A DNA stretch of 64,000 nt from Octopus vulgaris (Eukaryota): the NCBI GenBank assembly GCA_951406725.2, contig OX597823.1, positions 23,374,001 to 23,438,000 of the forward strand. Direction: 5' to 3'. The notes beneath the pieces are model-generated. The model was not told the origin of the DNA. It saw only the letters and a list, made by a program, of their open reading frames with translations, and did no database searches. Positions 1 to 12,100 of the stretch are shown piece by piece; positions within the stretch are counted from its first letter, which is position 1; every line of letters begins with the position of its first letter. Position numbers and translations under genes: made by a program.

Positions 1-530
1 ATCACAACATGGTAGAGCTGACCATGTATGGGCCAAGGAAAAGCATGGACATGCAGCCTACAAGAAACTCTCAGAATCTTTCCAGTTCGAACTTCCATAA
101 GGCAAACTGGAAACAAATTGAGAAAGAGATCCTCAAACAAAACTGGCCTGAATGTCTCTCCTCATCAGACATTGACATGAAACTTCAACAATTCAGGTCT
201 GTAATGCAAGCCATATGCTACAAATGTGTCCCAGAGAGAAAGGCCACTGTACACAAGAGCAAAATCCCCAGAGAGAGGAAAATTCTAAGGAGACGGCGTA
301 CAAAAGTTTCAAATCGCCTAAACAAATAAATTGAAAGCAGTGAAAAGTCCTGCTTGAAAATAAAACTGTTGGAAATTGAAAAATGTCTGCAACTCTCCCA
401 TGAAAAAGAAAGAGCAGACAAAGAAGCCTGGGCTATAGACAACATAAAATCTAAACCCAGAGCTTTCTACAGGTATGCCAAAGAAACAGCTACGGTGCAC
501 TGTAGGATACGGCCACTCCTTGAAGAGGAC
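1..530 (+). mobile_element. LINE ORF2 fragment (EN-RT linker region), disrupted
   Basis: NFHKANWKQI... and IKSKPRAFYRYAK motifs typical of the linker in CR1/Jockey-type ORF2; stop at 327-329. Confidence 0.6.
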
Positions 531-1486
531 TTCAGCTTCTTTCGCACCGCCTAACATGATGGTGTTGCATCAATTGGTCTCACTTCTCAAAAACAAACTG
601 AAAAAAGGGTGTGACAATCATGAGTTGTCGATGAAAAGTAGGCCTCCCTTTGCAAATATATATCCTTTTTCCAGTGACGAAAAGTCACTGATATCGAAAA
701 AGTGTAAACAAGCAATAATAAATCTCTGAGCAAGGTATAAACAGTAGCTGCAACACATCGTGAAGTATATTTGCCACTTAAATGTGGCTAAACCCTAAGA
801 GTGGATGCTAATGTAGCTTGTAGCCCCAGGAGGACACCTCCTCCAGCTGGCTATTGACACACTTTCTGTGCCCTATCAGTATTTGCAAAAGGAAGCCATT
901 CTTCCCATCTTCAATCTATGATACACATGGACTCATATAGATAACCCCTCGATTTCCCAAAAAAATTTTTGCTATATTTCACCCCAATAGTCAAAAAGAT
1001 TTTCTTATATTCCCAATTACTACTATCCATTCTTGCGTTGCCTCTCACCTCGCCCGATTCTTTCTCCCTTTCGCTATCTACTTGCCTTTCTCTACAGTAA
1101 ACATAATCGAACACACGGACACAGACCTCTCACCTCACAGCTGTCAGTTTTCTGACATCTACCCATCCACAAACACAATCACGCATTCAGACACACACAT
1201 ACACACATTAAGACAGTTATGTGCAGTCACACACACAGGCACTCATTCATAAAAGAAATCATTTAAACCCACCATTCTTTTGACCTGCACTCTCTCACCT
1301 TACTATTCTTATGCCTCCCTCCTCCTACTTTGTTTGAACCCTTGAACCTTTAGAACCTTCTAGATTCTTCTGCATTCAGCCACTCTGACGTCACTCCTTA
1401 TAAAGAGACACTCATTATCGCCATGGGCTCCTTGAGAGCGGTCAGCTAAAAGTTTTTGTGCATTTTGATGTCGACATAAGTTCCTT

Positions 1487-1572
1487 GATTTTCCTGATGA
1501 GAAATCTGCATAATGTACTCCTTATTCCTTTAGAATTAGGAATATGCAGCCTTCGAAACATATGTCAAGAAT
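1487..1572 (+). ncRNA. Type I hammerhead ribozyme-like motif (Penelope-associated type)
   Basis: CTGATGA (1494-1500); stem II GAA..CTGCATA / TATGCAG..TTC; GAAA (1555-1558); palindromic ACATATGT; GTC triplet (1564-1566); stem I ATTTTC/AAGAAT with one mismatch. Confidence 0.55.
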
Positions 1573-1774
1573 GGAGGATATTTGTTAACTAGTCGTTCAG
1601 CTCCATTCTTTCATATACTTATAATTTTAAAATAAACATACAAATTTCCGCATGAAGACACGTAGTCTATGCCCTAGGGATGAGCTTCAACCGTGTTCTT
1701 TCTGATGTGAATTTGCTACCCAGGTATCGGTTATCTTTCGAATTATCCTTAATAAGATAATTCATTCAACTACT

Positions 1775-1811
<37 letters not shown>

Positions 1812-1813
<2 letters not shown>

Positions 1814-2105
1814 TATAGTTTCAGGCCAACCAAACCCTTGTGAGTGGATTTCATACATGGAAACTGAAAGAAGACTGTTGTACATATTTGTATATTTGCA
1901 TGTGTGGGGCTGTATTTGTACACTCAACATCACTTGTCAACTGATGTTGCTGTGTCTACATCCCTGTAACTTAGCAGTTAGGTAAAAGACACTGATAGAA
2001 TAACTACTAGGCTTACAAAAAATATATACTGTGGTTGATTTATTTGACTAAAGGCAGTGCTTCAGTATGGCCACTGTCACATGGCTGAAACAAGTAAAAC
2101 GATAA
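1812..2105 (+). mobile_element. 5'-truncated SINE, same family as 39557-40030
   Basis: Shares ccttgtgagtggattt...ctgaaagaag and the ...gaaacaagtaaaa tail with 39557-40030 and 14790-14980. Confidence 0.7.
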
Positions 2106-3149
2106 AAAAACTATAATCCCAAGCAACGCCGGGTATATCTGCTAGTATAATATAAAAGAATAAATAAAATACACCAAAAAATAAAATGGCAAAAAACATT
2201 TATATAAAATTTCAATAAGGGATTTATAAAATGAAAAAAATAGACACAAGGTTAATTTTTTTTTCATTTTTGAAGCCATAAGGTACATACAGGATATAAA
2301 GAGACATAAAGAATAAAAAATAAAAATAATAAAAAATAATAATGCATAAATTAATAATAAATATAGGTTGAAATATTCTTAACAAAGCAAATTAAAAGAT
2401 AAATAAAGTAAGATGAGGAGACCTTTGGATGTGGTTTTATAAAATAAGATGTAATATTACAGGCACTGATGTATGTAGAATCATATAGTTCCTAGGAGGT
2501 ATAGAGTATCCCTAAGAGGCGTACAATCTGATAATTCATTATAAATATACCAATTATGACTGATAAGGAAGAAAGTCTTAGAACTGAAGAAAAAAAGCAG
2601 TGAAATTATTGTATAGGATGAATGCAGACTAAACTGGTAGGGGTTATAAGAGGGGCAATATTATATATAATATATAATGTACTACATTAGAGGGTATGTT
2701 ATGAAAAATATGAAAGATCTGACACCCCAGATAATTTCTGCTATCAAATCATAGCATGATGATTATAATATTATTTGTTTTCAAAATATTTAAATGTGTG
2801 GGTGATGCTATGTACACAGGATACCCTAAGGTCTAATCTTAGATTATATGATGCCAATCACCCAGTCCAAGTCTCTATCTCACCTCACCTATTCTCACCA
2901 CCCCAATGTCCCTTGAGGTCGTATCCCAACACATCTTTGCCATCATCTCTCTCACTATCACTTTCTTTATCTCGCTCTCTAACTCACCCACCTTTTTTTC
3001 AGACTGGGGTATCCATGTCTCTATTTTGCAGCAAGACGCCTATTTTTGTCACTCTATACCTTTAATCTCTCAACTGGCATTGAGCCACATGCCCTCAGTA
3101 CTACTACCCACTTCCAGATGAGTGTTTTTGTCTTGCAATGTACATAGCG

Positions 3150-3447
3150 ACCCTGTTGATGCTGGTGCCACATAGAAAGCAGTAGTGCTGGTGTTATGTA
3201 AACAATACTAGTGCTGGTTCCACATAAACACCATTGGTGCCGGTGCCACATAAAAAGCACAGGTGCTGGTATCATGTAAAAAGCACTAGGGCTGGTGGAA
3301 TATAAAATGCATCCAGTACACTTTGTAAAGTGGTTGGCATTAGGAAGAGTATCCAGCTGTAGAAACCATGCCAAAACAGAGAATGGAACCTGATGTGGGT
3401 CTCAGCCTTGCCAGCTCCTATCTAAATGATGATGATGATGATGATGA
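3150..3447 (+). mobile_element. Old RTE LINE 3' end fragment
   Basis: gtggttggcattaggaag..atccagctgtagaaac motif followed by a (gat)n tail; tail-to-tail with the young RTE. Confidence 0.65.
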
Positions 3448-3459
3448 TACATATATATA

Positions 3460-6400
3460 TCATCATCATCATCATCATCGTTTAGCGTCCGTTTTCCATG
3501 CTAGAATGGGTTGGATGGTTCTACTGGGGTCTGTGAAGCCAGAAGGCTTCATTAGGCCCAGTCAAATCTGGCAGTGTTTCTACGGCTGGATGCCCTTCCT
3601 AACGCCAACCACTCCGAGAGTGTAGTGGGTGCTTTTTACATGCCACCCGCACAGGTGCCAGACAGAGCTGGCAAACGGCCACGAACGAATGGTGCTTTTT
3701 ATGTGCCACCAGCACGAGGGCCAGGCGAGGCTGGCAACGGACACGAAACGGGGCGGTGCTGGCAACGGTTGCGAAACGGAAGGTTCTCTTACATGCCACC
3801 GGCACTGGTAACACATCTGCAATTTCCATTGATCGATTTCGATTGATCGATTTCGATTCTGATCCTCACTTGCCTCAACGGGTCTTCACAAGTAGAGTTT
3901 CGACATGCCACCGGCACTGGTAACACATCTGCAATTTCCATTGATCGATTTCGATTCTGATCCTCACTTGCCTCAACAGGTCTTCACAAGTAGAGTTTTG
4001 TGTCCCAAGAAGGGAAGGTATGCATACGTAGGCTGGCTCCATCCCATGTAGAAGGCCATGGGTTATGGACTCACTTGTCCTGCCGGGTCTTCTCGCGCAC
4101 AGCACACTTCCAGAGGACTCGGTCTCTAGTCATTTCCTCAGTGAAACCTAAAGTTCGAAGGTCGTGCTTCACCACCCCGTCCCAGGTTTTCCTGGGTCTG
4201 CCTCTTCCACAGGTTCCCTCAACCGCTAGGGTGTGGCACTTTTTCACACAACTATCTTCATCCATTCTTGCCACATGACCATACCAGCGCAAACGTCTCT
4301 CTTGCACACCACAACTGATGCTTCTTAGGTCCAGCTTTTCTCTCAAGATACTTACACTCTGCCGAGTATGAGTACTGACATTACACATCCATCGGAGCAT
4401 ACTGGCTTCATTTCTTGCGAGCTTACGCATATCCTCAGCAGTCAAGGCCCATGTTTCACTGCCATGTAGCATGGCTGTTCGTACACATGCATCGTACAGT
4501 CTGCCTTTCACTCTGTGCGAGAGGCCTTTTGTCACCAGCAGAGGTAAGAGCTCTCTGAACTTTGCCCAAGCTATTCTTACTCTAGCAGTTACACTTTCAG
4601 CACACCCGCCCCCGCTGCTGACTTGGTCACCTAGGTAACGGAAACTATCAACTATTTCTAGTTTTTCTCCCTGGAAAGTGACGGAAGTTGGTCTCAGAGC
4701 ATTTTCAGTGTTTATTGTTCCTGAGCATCTGCCACATACAAAAACCATCTTCCTAGTTAGCCTTCCTTTGACATTGCTGCACCTCTTATGTGTCCATAGC
4801 TTACACTTGGTGCATCTTATAGAGTTTCTATCTACACCTTTTCTACAGATCGAGCAGGGCCATCTACCTGAAGGCGTTTGTGATTTGTCTACCTTCCTAC
4901 TGATTACGACTTTGGTTTTAGCTAGATTGACTTTGAGGCCCTTCGATTCTAATCCTTGTTTCCACACCTGAAACTTCTCCTCCAGTTCTGATAGCGACTC
5001 AGCAATTAGAGCAAGGTCATCAGCATAGAGGAGCTCCCAAGGGCATCCTGTCTTGAATTCCCCCGTTATTGCCTGGAGGACTATGATAAATAGGAGGGGG
5101 CTGAGTACTGAGCCTTGGTGGACCCCTACCTCTACCCGGAATTCTTCACTGTACTCGTTTCCAACCCTCACCCTACTAGCAGCGTCCCTATACATGGCCC
5201 GCACAGCTCTCTCTAACCATTCATCTATCCCTATTTTCCTCATTGCCCACCAGATAAGGGATCGGGGGACCCTGTCGAAGGCTTTCTCCATGTCAACAAA
5301 AGCCAGGTACAGGGGCTTATCTTTGGCTAGGTATTTCTCCTGCAGCTGCCTTACCGGGAATATAGCATCAGTAGTACTTTTCCCTGGCACAAACCCAAAC
5401 TGCATCTCATCTAAACTAACTCTCTCTCTAATTAGTTGGGCTATGACACTCTCCGTAACCTTCATCACCTGATCTAACAGCTTGATACCTCTGTAGTTAT
5501 TTGTATCTAGGGCGTCACCTTTACCTTTGTAGCAGTTGACTATTATGCTGCTACACCAGTCATTGGGTATGACTCCTTTGTGTATCACCTGATTAACTAT
5601 ACGGGTGACTAAGCTATAGCCGACACTACCAGACATTTTGAGCATCTCTGCAGTGATTCCTGATGGGCCTGGGGCTTTCCCTGTCTTCATGCTTCTAATT
5701 GCCTTAGCTACCACGGAACTATCAACTCGGATAGCTGGTCCCTCTGTTGGGTCAACATTCGGCAGACTCTCTTTATCCCATTCATTTTCTTTATTCAGCA
5801 ACCTTTCATAGTGGCGTCTCCAAACCTCTCTCTTTGCATCCTCATTTAGCGCAAGTGAACCATCTTCCATGCGAACACACTTCTCTCCTACCACATCACG
5901 ATTCTCTCTCACACACTGTCTTGCAACGCGAAACACCTCCAGTCTTTGGTCCTCACGGCGCAGAACATTGGCAAATTTTTTCTTATCTGCTTCCCCTCTG
6001 GCTAAATAAACCTGTCTCCTAGCTTCTCTTTTGGCAGTCTGATACAATTCCCTGCTACCCCCATTTTTCCAGACCTTCCAAGCCTGTCTCTTTTCTCTAA
6101 TAGCCCTGTCTACAATATTGTTCCACCACCACGTTATTCTAGGTCGAGAGGGGACTTTGCACCAGCCACAGATCTGGTCAGTGGCTCTCATCAGGTTGTC
6201 CCTTAGAAACGTCCAGCTGTCTTCTACCCCCTGTGATGCTCTATCCCCTTCTACTTCGTCAGAGGCTTCAAGTAATATGTCCCTAAATCTCTGTCCATTT
6301 GCAGGATCTTTAAGCTTCCAGATCCTTCTTCTCCATATTGGTCGTCTTCTGGTTGTCCTCTTAGTCCTGATCCTAAAGTCACTAACTACCAGTCTATGTT

Positions 6401-7125
6401 GTGGGGTACGTTCTTCACCTGGGAAGGTTTTGGCATTTATAAGCAGCCATCTCTCCCTTTGCCTTGCAAGGATGTAGTTAATTTGGCTGGTATGTTGGCC
6501 CGATCGGTAAGTGACTAGGTGGCTGGTAGGTTTCCTGAAGTTAGTGTTGCAAATCATAAGATTATTTGCATTGCAGAACTCCAGCAGCCTGGTTCCCTCC
6601 TCGTTGCGGGAGCCATAGCCATAGCCTCCATGTACGCCATGGAAGCCCCCAGCATGTCGTCCAACGTGACCATTGAAGTCACCAGCCACAAAGATAAGGT
6701 CTCTGTCGTTCGTCAACGAGGTAGTCTGCAGTAGAGTGTCATAGAATCGGTCTTTCTGTCCATCGGGTAGCCCCGACTGAGGAGCATAGGCTGATATAAT
6801 GGTTGCTAAACTATGATGAAGCACTAATCTAATCTTAAGTATTCTGTCACATACTCTGATTACCTCAATTACTTTATCTACCCATTTCTCAGCGATAAGT
6901 ATACCCACGCCACCAACCCCGTCAGTGTTCCCTGCCCAGAAAATCTTGTACCTGTGTTCCTTGCCTGTGAGGAACCTAGCTGATCCTCCTCTCCACCTTA
7001 TTTCTTGCATGCAACATATATCCACACATCTCCGTTCAAGCATCTCGACTATCTCACCAGACCTACCTTTCAGAGTGCCAACGTTGAGGGTGCCAACCCT
7101 GAGGGTATGGGAGGCATGGGCTCTA
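3460..7125 (-). mobile_element. Young RTE-clade LINE with uninterrupted APE endonuclease + reverse transcriptase ORF (stop at 4071) and ~600-nt 3' UTR ending in (ATG)n
   Basis: EN motifs TLNVGTL, MQEIR, SAYAPQ, GDFNGH; RT motifs [38 protein letters not shown]; C-terminal RLRWYGHV...RGRPRKTW; (cat)n at 3461-3478. Confidence 0.95.
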
Positions 7126-7462
7126 ATGTCTATATAAACACACACACATGCACATGACACACACACACACACACATTTCAATTTTGTATTTGGTTTGCAA
7201 GATGCTTGATGTGAATCCATGTTGAAACACATTTTGTTGCATCTCAGGAGAGTCATTATGTTAGAAACAAACTCACTGATTCCCTCTACACTCTGTGAAG
7301 ACAGTGTTTAGAAACATCTAACTAAAAAAATCCTTCCAAATAAAATACACAAGTGAGAAATGGTGCCCCATCCACGGTTTAAAGGAGTGTAAATCTAAAT
7401 AGGAGATGACTCAGGTCGCATGAATGTATCCAATTTGCACTGTCATCATAAAATGATGATAA

Positions 7463-8700
7463 TATGAGGGGTCCTAAAAAGTTCATAGGCTGACTATGAA
7501 AGGAATGATGCCAGAGCTGTGAAATTTTGCATGCATTAACTTTAAACTTCTTATTAAAAACTGCATTGTTTCTTTTGTTTCTTTCCAGCTAAACTCACAT
7601 CTGACTGTTCAAAGAAGACATCAAAAGTAACTGGTGTTATCAAGTACCTACAGAAAAAAAGGATTTAACCCCCCAAGGACATTCATGATGACATGGTTAC
7701 GATATTAGGGGATGATGCTCCAATTTTTTCAACAGTGCAAAGTGGGCAGCTGAATTTAGTAGGGGAAAGAAGTGTCTTGAAGATGACCCAAGGTCTTGAC
7801 AATCTGCAACTGCCACCATTGAGGAAAACATTGATTGTGTTCACCACATAATGATGGATGACAGGCAACAAGAAATCAAATAGCCAGTGCTATTAGCATA
7901 TCCTGTGAGAGAGTTGAAAATATTCTGCACAATGAATTTGGCATGATGAAGTTTTGTATTTGGTGGGCTCCATGTCTTCTAAGGCCTGATCAAAAGTGTA
8001 CCAGGATGATCACATCATGGGAAAATCTGACATTGTTTGAGGCTGATTCAGCTGGTTTTCTTGAACATTTCCTAAGCCAGGATAAGTGTTGGGTTCATCA
8101 CTTTGAGTCAGAAACGAAGAGACAGTCCATGTAGTGGAAAAACTCCCCTTACCTGCTCCAAAGAAGGCCAAAGCCTTTTCAACTGCAAGGAAGATGATGG
8201 CCTCAGATTTTTTGGATGCAAAAAACATTGTGTTTATTGACTATCTTAAAAAGAGCCACACCATCAATGGAGAGTGTTATGGTAACATGCTGAAGCAGTT
8301 ATGAAAGGTTATCAAGACCAAATGCCTAGGAAAACTGACATAGCAGGTCTTGTTTCATCAGGACAATGCTCCAGCACACAAATCTTTGGTTTCAAAAGCT
8401 GCTGTGTGTGACCATCGCTTTGAACCAGTTGATTTGGCTCCATCTCACTGTCATCTGTTCCCCGACATGAAAAAACACTTGACTGGGAACCAGTGATGCA
8501 GTGATAATGATGTCATATCTGCTGTTGATGTTTTTAACCAACAGGATGAAAGACTCTTCACCAATTGTATTCAAGCACAGCAACACCAATGGAAAAAGTA
8601 TCTAAACCACAAGAGGAATTATGTCGAAAATAAACCTCATTTGATCATATTCCATGAGAGTGTCTTGGTCAGCTTATAAACTTTTCAGTTAACCCTAATA
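7463..8700 (+). mobile_element. Decayed full-length mariner transposon
   Basis: Imperfect TIRs tatgaggggtcctaaaaagttcataggctgac / gtcagcttataaacttttcagttaaccctaata; remnants WAPCLL, DKCWVHHFESETKRQS, HQDNAPAH; many stops and frameshifts. Confidence 0.85.
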
Positions 8701-8940
8701 CTGAAATATGTATATACATCAATACACACACATGCACACACACACACACATGCATAAATGTTTGTGTGTGTATGTGAGTGTGTGCATGTGTGTGTGTGTG
8801 AATGTAATTGTATATGTGTGCAAGTTTTCCTAATTTATTTCACTCAATATATTTCAATCAAATTTTCTCATTATCTCCTCATTCTTGCCTTCCTCTTAAT
8901 ATACATTTACATTAATGTCAATTTTTCTCGTAAATTTCAG

Positions 8941-9114
8941 CTTATAAGAATATTGATTGTGGAAGTCCCAAAAAAACTGACGGAACATCTCTGTCCTACT
9001 CTATCACCAACTACAGATCTAAAGTGACCTATACTTGTAATGATGGAAGAAGATCTTTTAAGTCAGTATGTGGAAAATACAATAAATGGTTACCAGCATT
9101 TACTAGTTGTAAAG
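8941..9114 (+). CDS. Exon: Sushi/CCP domain copy 1
   Basis: tttcag|CT...AAAG|gtaatg, 174 nt; [57 protein letters not shown] (4 Cys + Trp CCP pattern). Not captured in this frame by the ORF track. Confidence 0.88.
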
Positions 9115-12100
9115 GTAATGTAAATAGGTTCTCTGTTTTTGATTTTGTCTGGGAATTTTTTAATAGTTTTTATCAGAAGTAGATAGTGTTTACAAAAATT
9201 TCCATAGCGTTTATGACTGGAAGGAAGAGGTTATCCTCAGACCAGTGACCTCCCCAAATGTTTACAACAGACTAGACTGCATTAAAGCTCCCCAAGAACC
9301 AGGTAATACTGTTAAATTGGGTGATGAAGTAAGTCTATCACCTAAGAAATAGAAGTGTAGTAGCTTGTTTCCTCCAGCAGGCTTCCACATAGTTTCCATC
9401 TATCAGATTTCATCCTGATTTGCAAAGCAAATTTTTAACCCTGCAGCCAAAACCCAAAACAATACCATATTGTTCGGAAATGAATTTATTAACCCCACAA
9501 CTATACCTGAGACCATCTTGGCGGTTTTCTTCTGAATTTCTAACCTGACTTTCTCATCTGGCCTTTGCGTCATTATTCGAAACTCATACAATATAATGTA
9601 CTAATTCTCTTACAGCAATTCTTTGAAACAGCTGTCCGATGCTCAAGTAATCTTCCAATTTGTCATGCTCAGTTACTAACGAGAATAATGGTTTCTGAAT
9701 AGGACATAAATGTTGATGAGAAGGGTTTAGTTTCATCATCATCATCATCGTTTAGCGTCCGTTTTCCATGCTAGCATGGGTTGGACGGTTCAACTGGGGT
9801 CTGTGAAGCTGGAAGGCTTCATCAGGCCTTGTCAGATCTGGCAGTGTTTCTACGGCTGGATGCCCTTCCTAACGCCAACCACTCCGTGAGTGTAGTGGGT
9901 GCTTTTTATGTGCCACCCGCACAGGTGCCAGACAGAGCTGGCAAACGGCCATGAACGGATGGTGCTTTTTATGTGCCACCGGCACGGGGGCCAGGCAAGG
10001 CTGGCAACGAACATGAACGGATGGTGCTTTTTACGTGCCACTGGCACGAGGCCAGTCGGGGCGGCACTAGCAACGGTCACGAATGGATGGTTCTCTTACA
10101 TTCGTGACCGTTTATAACATCAAAACCAGCACTTGATTAGTACTTTATGTCATCAACCCACACAAGTGTGAAACAAAAAGACTGACCATGGCTGGAAAAT
10201 GAAAGCATCCAAATACCTACTGTAAAGTATTTCTTCTCTTGCTGTATTGATTCTTCCATTCAGCCATACTTAATTATAGAAATAATAAGAAGGATTAGCT
10301 TTACTTGCCACTAGGATATCAGACGGAGGTGATGGTGCAAAGACAGGCATAAAGCATGGTGGTTGACAGCGTTAAATGAATAATAAGAAACATTAGTATT
10401 TATGTATACAATTAAAATAAAGATGAGGATGATGATGCAATGCTCTTGAATGTAGTGGGATCTGCATCTGGGGTGGTGGTGGGGGAAACTGAAAAAAACC
10501 TCACCATCCAAGATCACCCTAAATCCAAGGAAAACTGTTCCCTCCAATTATTGTTCTCTTGCACAGTTTTCTGCACCCACCCTTACCATATTCTCCACTT
10601 TCACCAGCTGTCAATTTCATTTGAGGACAGTATCTCCCTCTGTTTATTCACCTTTACAAGTGAAACATTTAAAAGTCAGTGAAGGAGTGATGAAAGAAGA
10701 AAGTCTCTGCCATCAGACCTTTCATGCTCATCCAACAATCAACCTCTTTTACCGTTGCTACCAGACAGGAAAACTGCCTTCTCTGATTGGCTAAAGGAGG
10801 AGGTAGAGCAATCTTCAAGGGCACAAGTCACATGCACAAGAGTAGCTATTTGACATAACTCCAGTAATGCCTAGACACTGAACAAGTGCATGCAAAATGA
10901 TTTTGTTGTAGTGTGCTCATCTTAGACTGGCCTGTCTGACAGTGCTTGCATGACTGTAACAGCTATCTTGGATCAGTATAATGCTATGGTGGCATTGCTT
11001 AGCCAAGGACTTCACAAAATTCTCTATAGTATTCCTTGAGCAAAAATATGTTTGAAACAAACATGCCCTGGACATTTCTGAGAATATCAGTGCCCTTCCC
11101 TTTCATTGATTTTCAATAGATTGCTATAGAACATCTACTAATCCCATATTATCTTATGTAATTCTTGTGATTACATTAAATAATGAGGCATTTTCTTTTT
11201 CCAGATGATGAGTTGTAATTAAGGGAAATTTTGTTAATATTTCTGAAGTGTTGAGCAATCACACAGGGGCTGCCACAGTGGCTGGTCCCCAGCAATTGTT
11301 GAACTTAATATCGTGATTTAAAAAACCTGACATAGCTTATCCCTTTGGCATAATCTATCGTGTGGTTGCAACCACCACCTGATCCTTCAGGTGCTCATGG
11401 TTATGGTGGATGCTCAGGCTGGACATGGACCACATTAATCTTACTGTAAAAGGGAGGGTTGCTCAGAATTTCATAGTGTCACTATTTTTGCCGTGACTAG
11501 CTTCTTAAAAAAATAAACATACCTCCTCATTGCAATCAATTACAGTATTTGTTGGTGTATAAGATGTGCCAGTACTATGTAAATGCACCGGTGCCAGTGG
11601 CACAGAAAAAGCACCCAGCACACTCTGTAAAGTGGTTGGTGTTAGGAAGTGCATCCAGCTTTAGAAGCCAGGCCACAACCGACAATTTGGAGTCTGACAG
11701 CTCCCCAGCTGGCCAGCTCTTGTCAAACAGTCCAACCCAACCAACATGGAAAATGGATGTTAAATGATGATGATGATAATGATGATTTCAAAAATTTACC
11801 CTATGTATAATATGGTAATATTATGGATAGAAGACTGAGTGTTGTACACTAAGGATTTGGATTAGTGTAAGCCCATCATGCGCAATAATTGTTACAAATT
11901 ATAAAATATTGAAAGCAAACCAAAATATCAGAGTGTGTTTTCAGAAACTTTGGAAAAGTTGTTTACACTACATCAGCAGTTATATGGAAAAGTCACATAA
12001 TCTGATTATACATCCTTCCACAACATATAAATCTACATCTGATATATGTATGATGAAACACTAAATTTGTTTTTTCAAAAAAATATACTTATTAGAATGG

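Noticed and set aside
4678-7137. Several + strand ORFs overlapping the RTE
   Set aside because: Antisense shadows of the LINE ORF with no domain signal.
7126-7256. N-terminal extension of the 1061-aa ORF (MTLLRC...CVCVCV)
   Set aside because: It runs through a (CA)n tract and flank, so it is a chance in-frame read-through rather than the element's real start.
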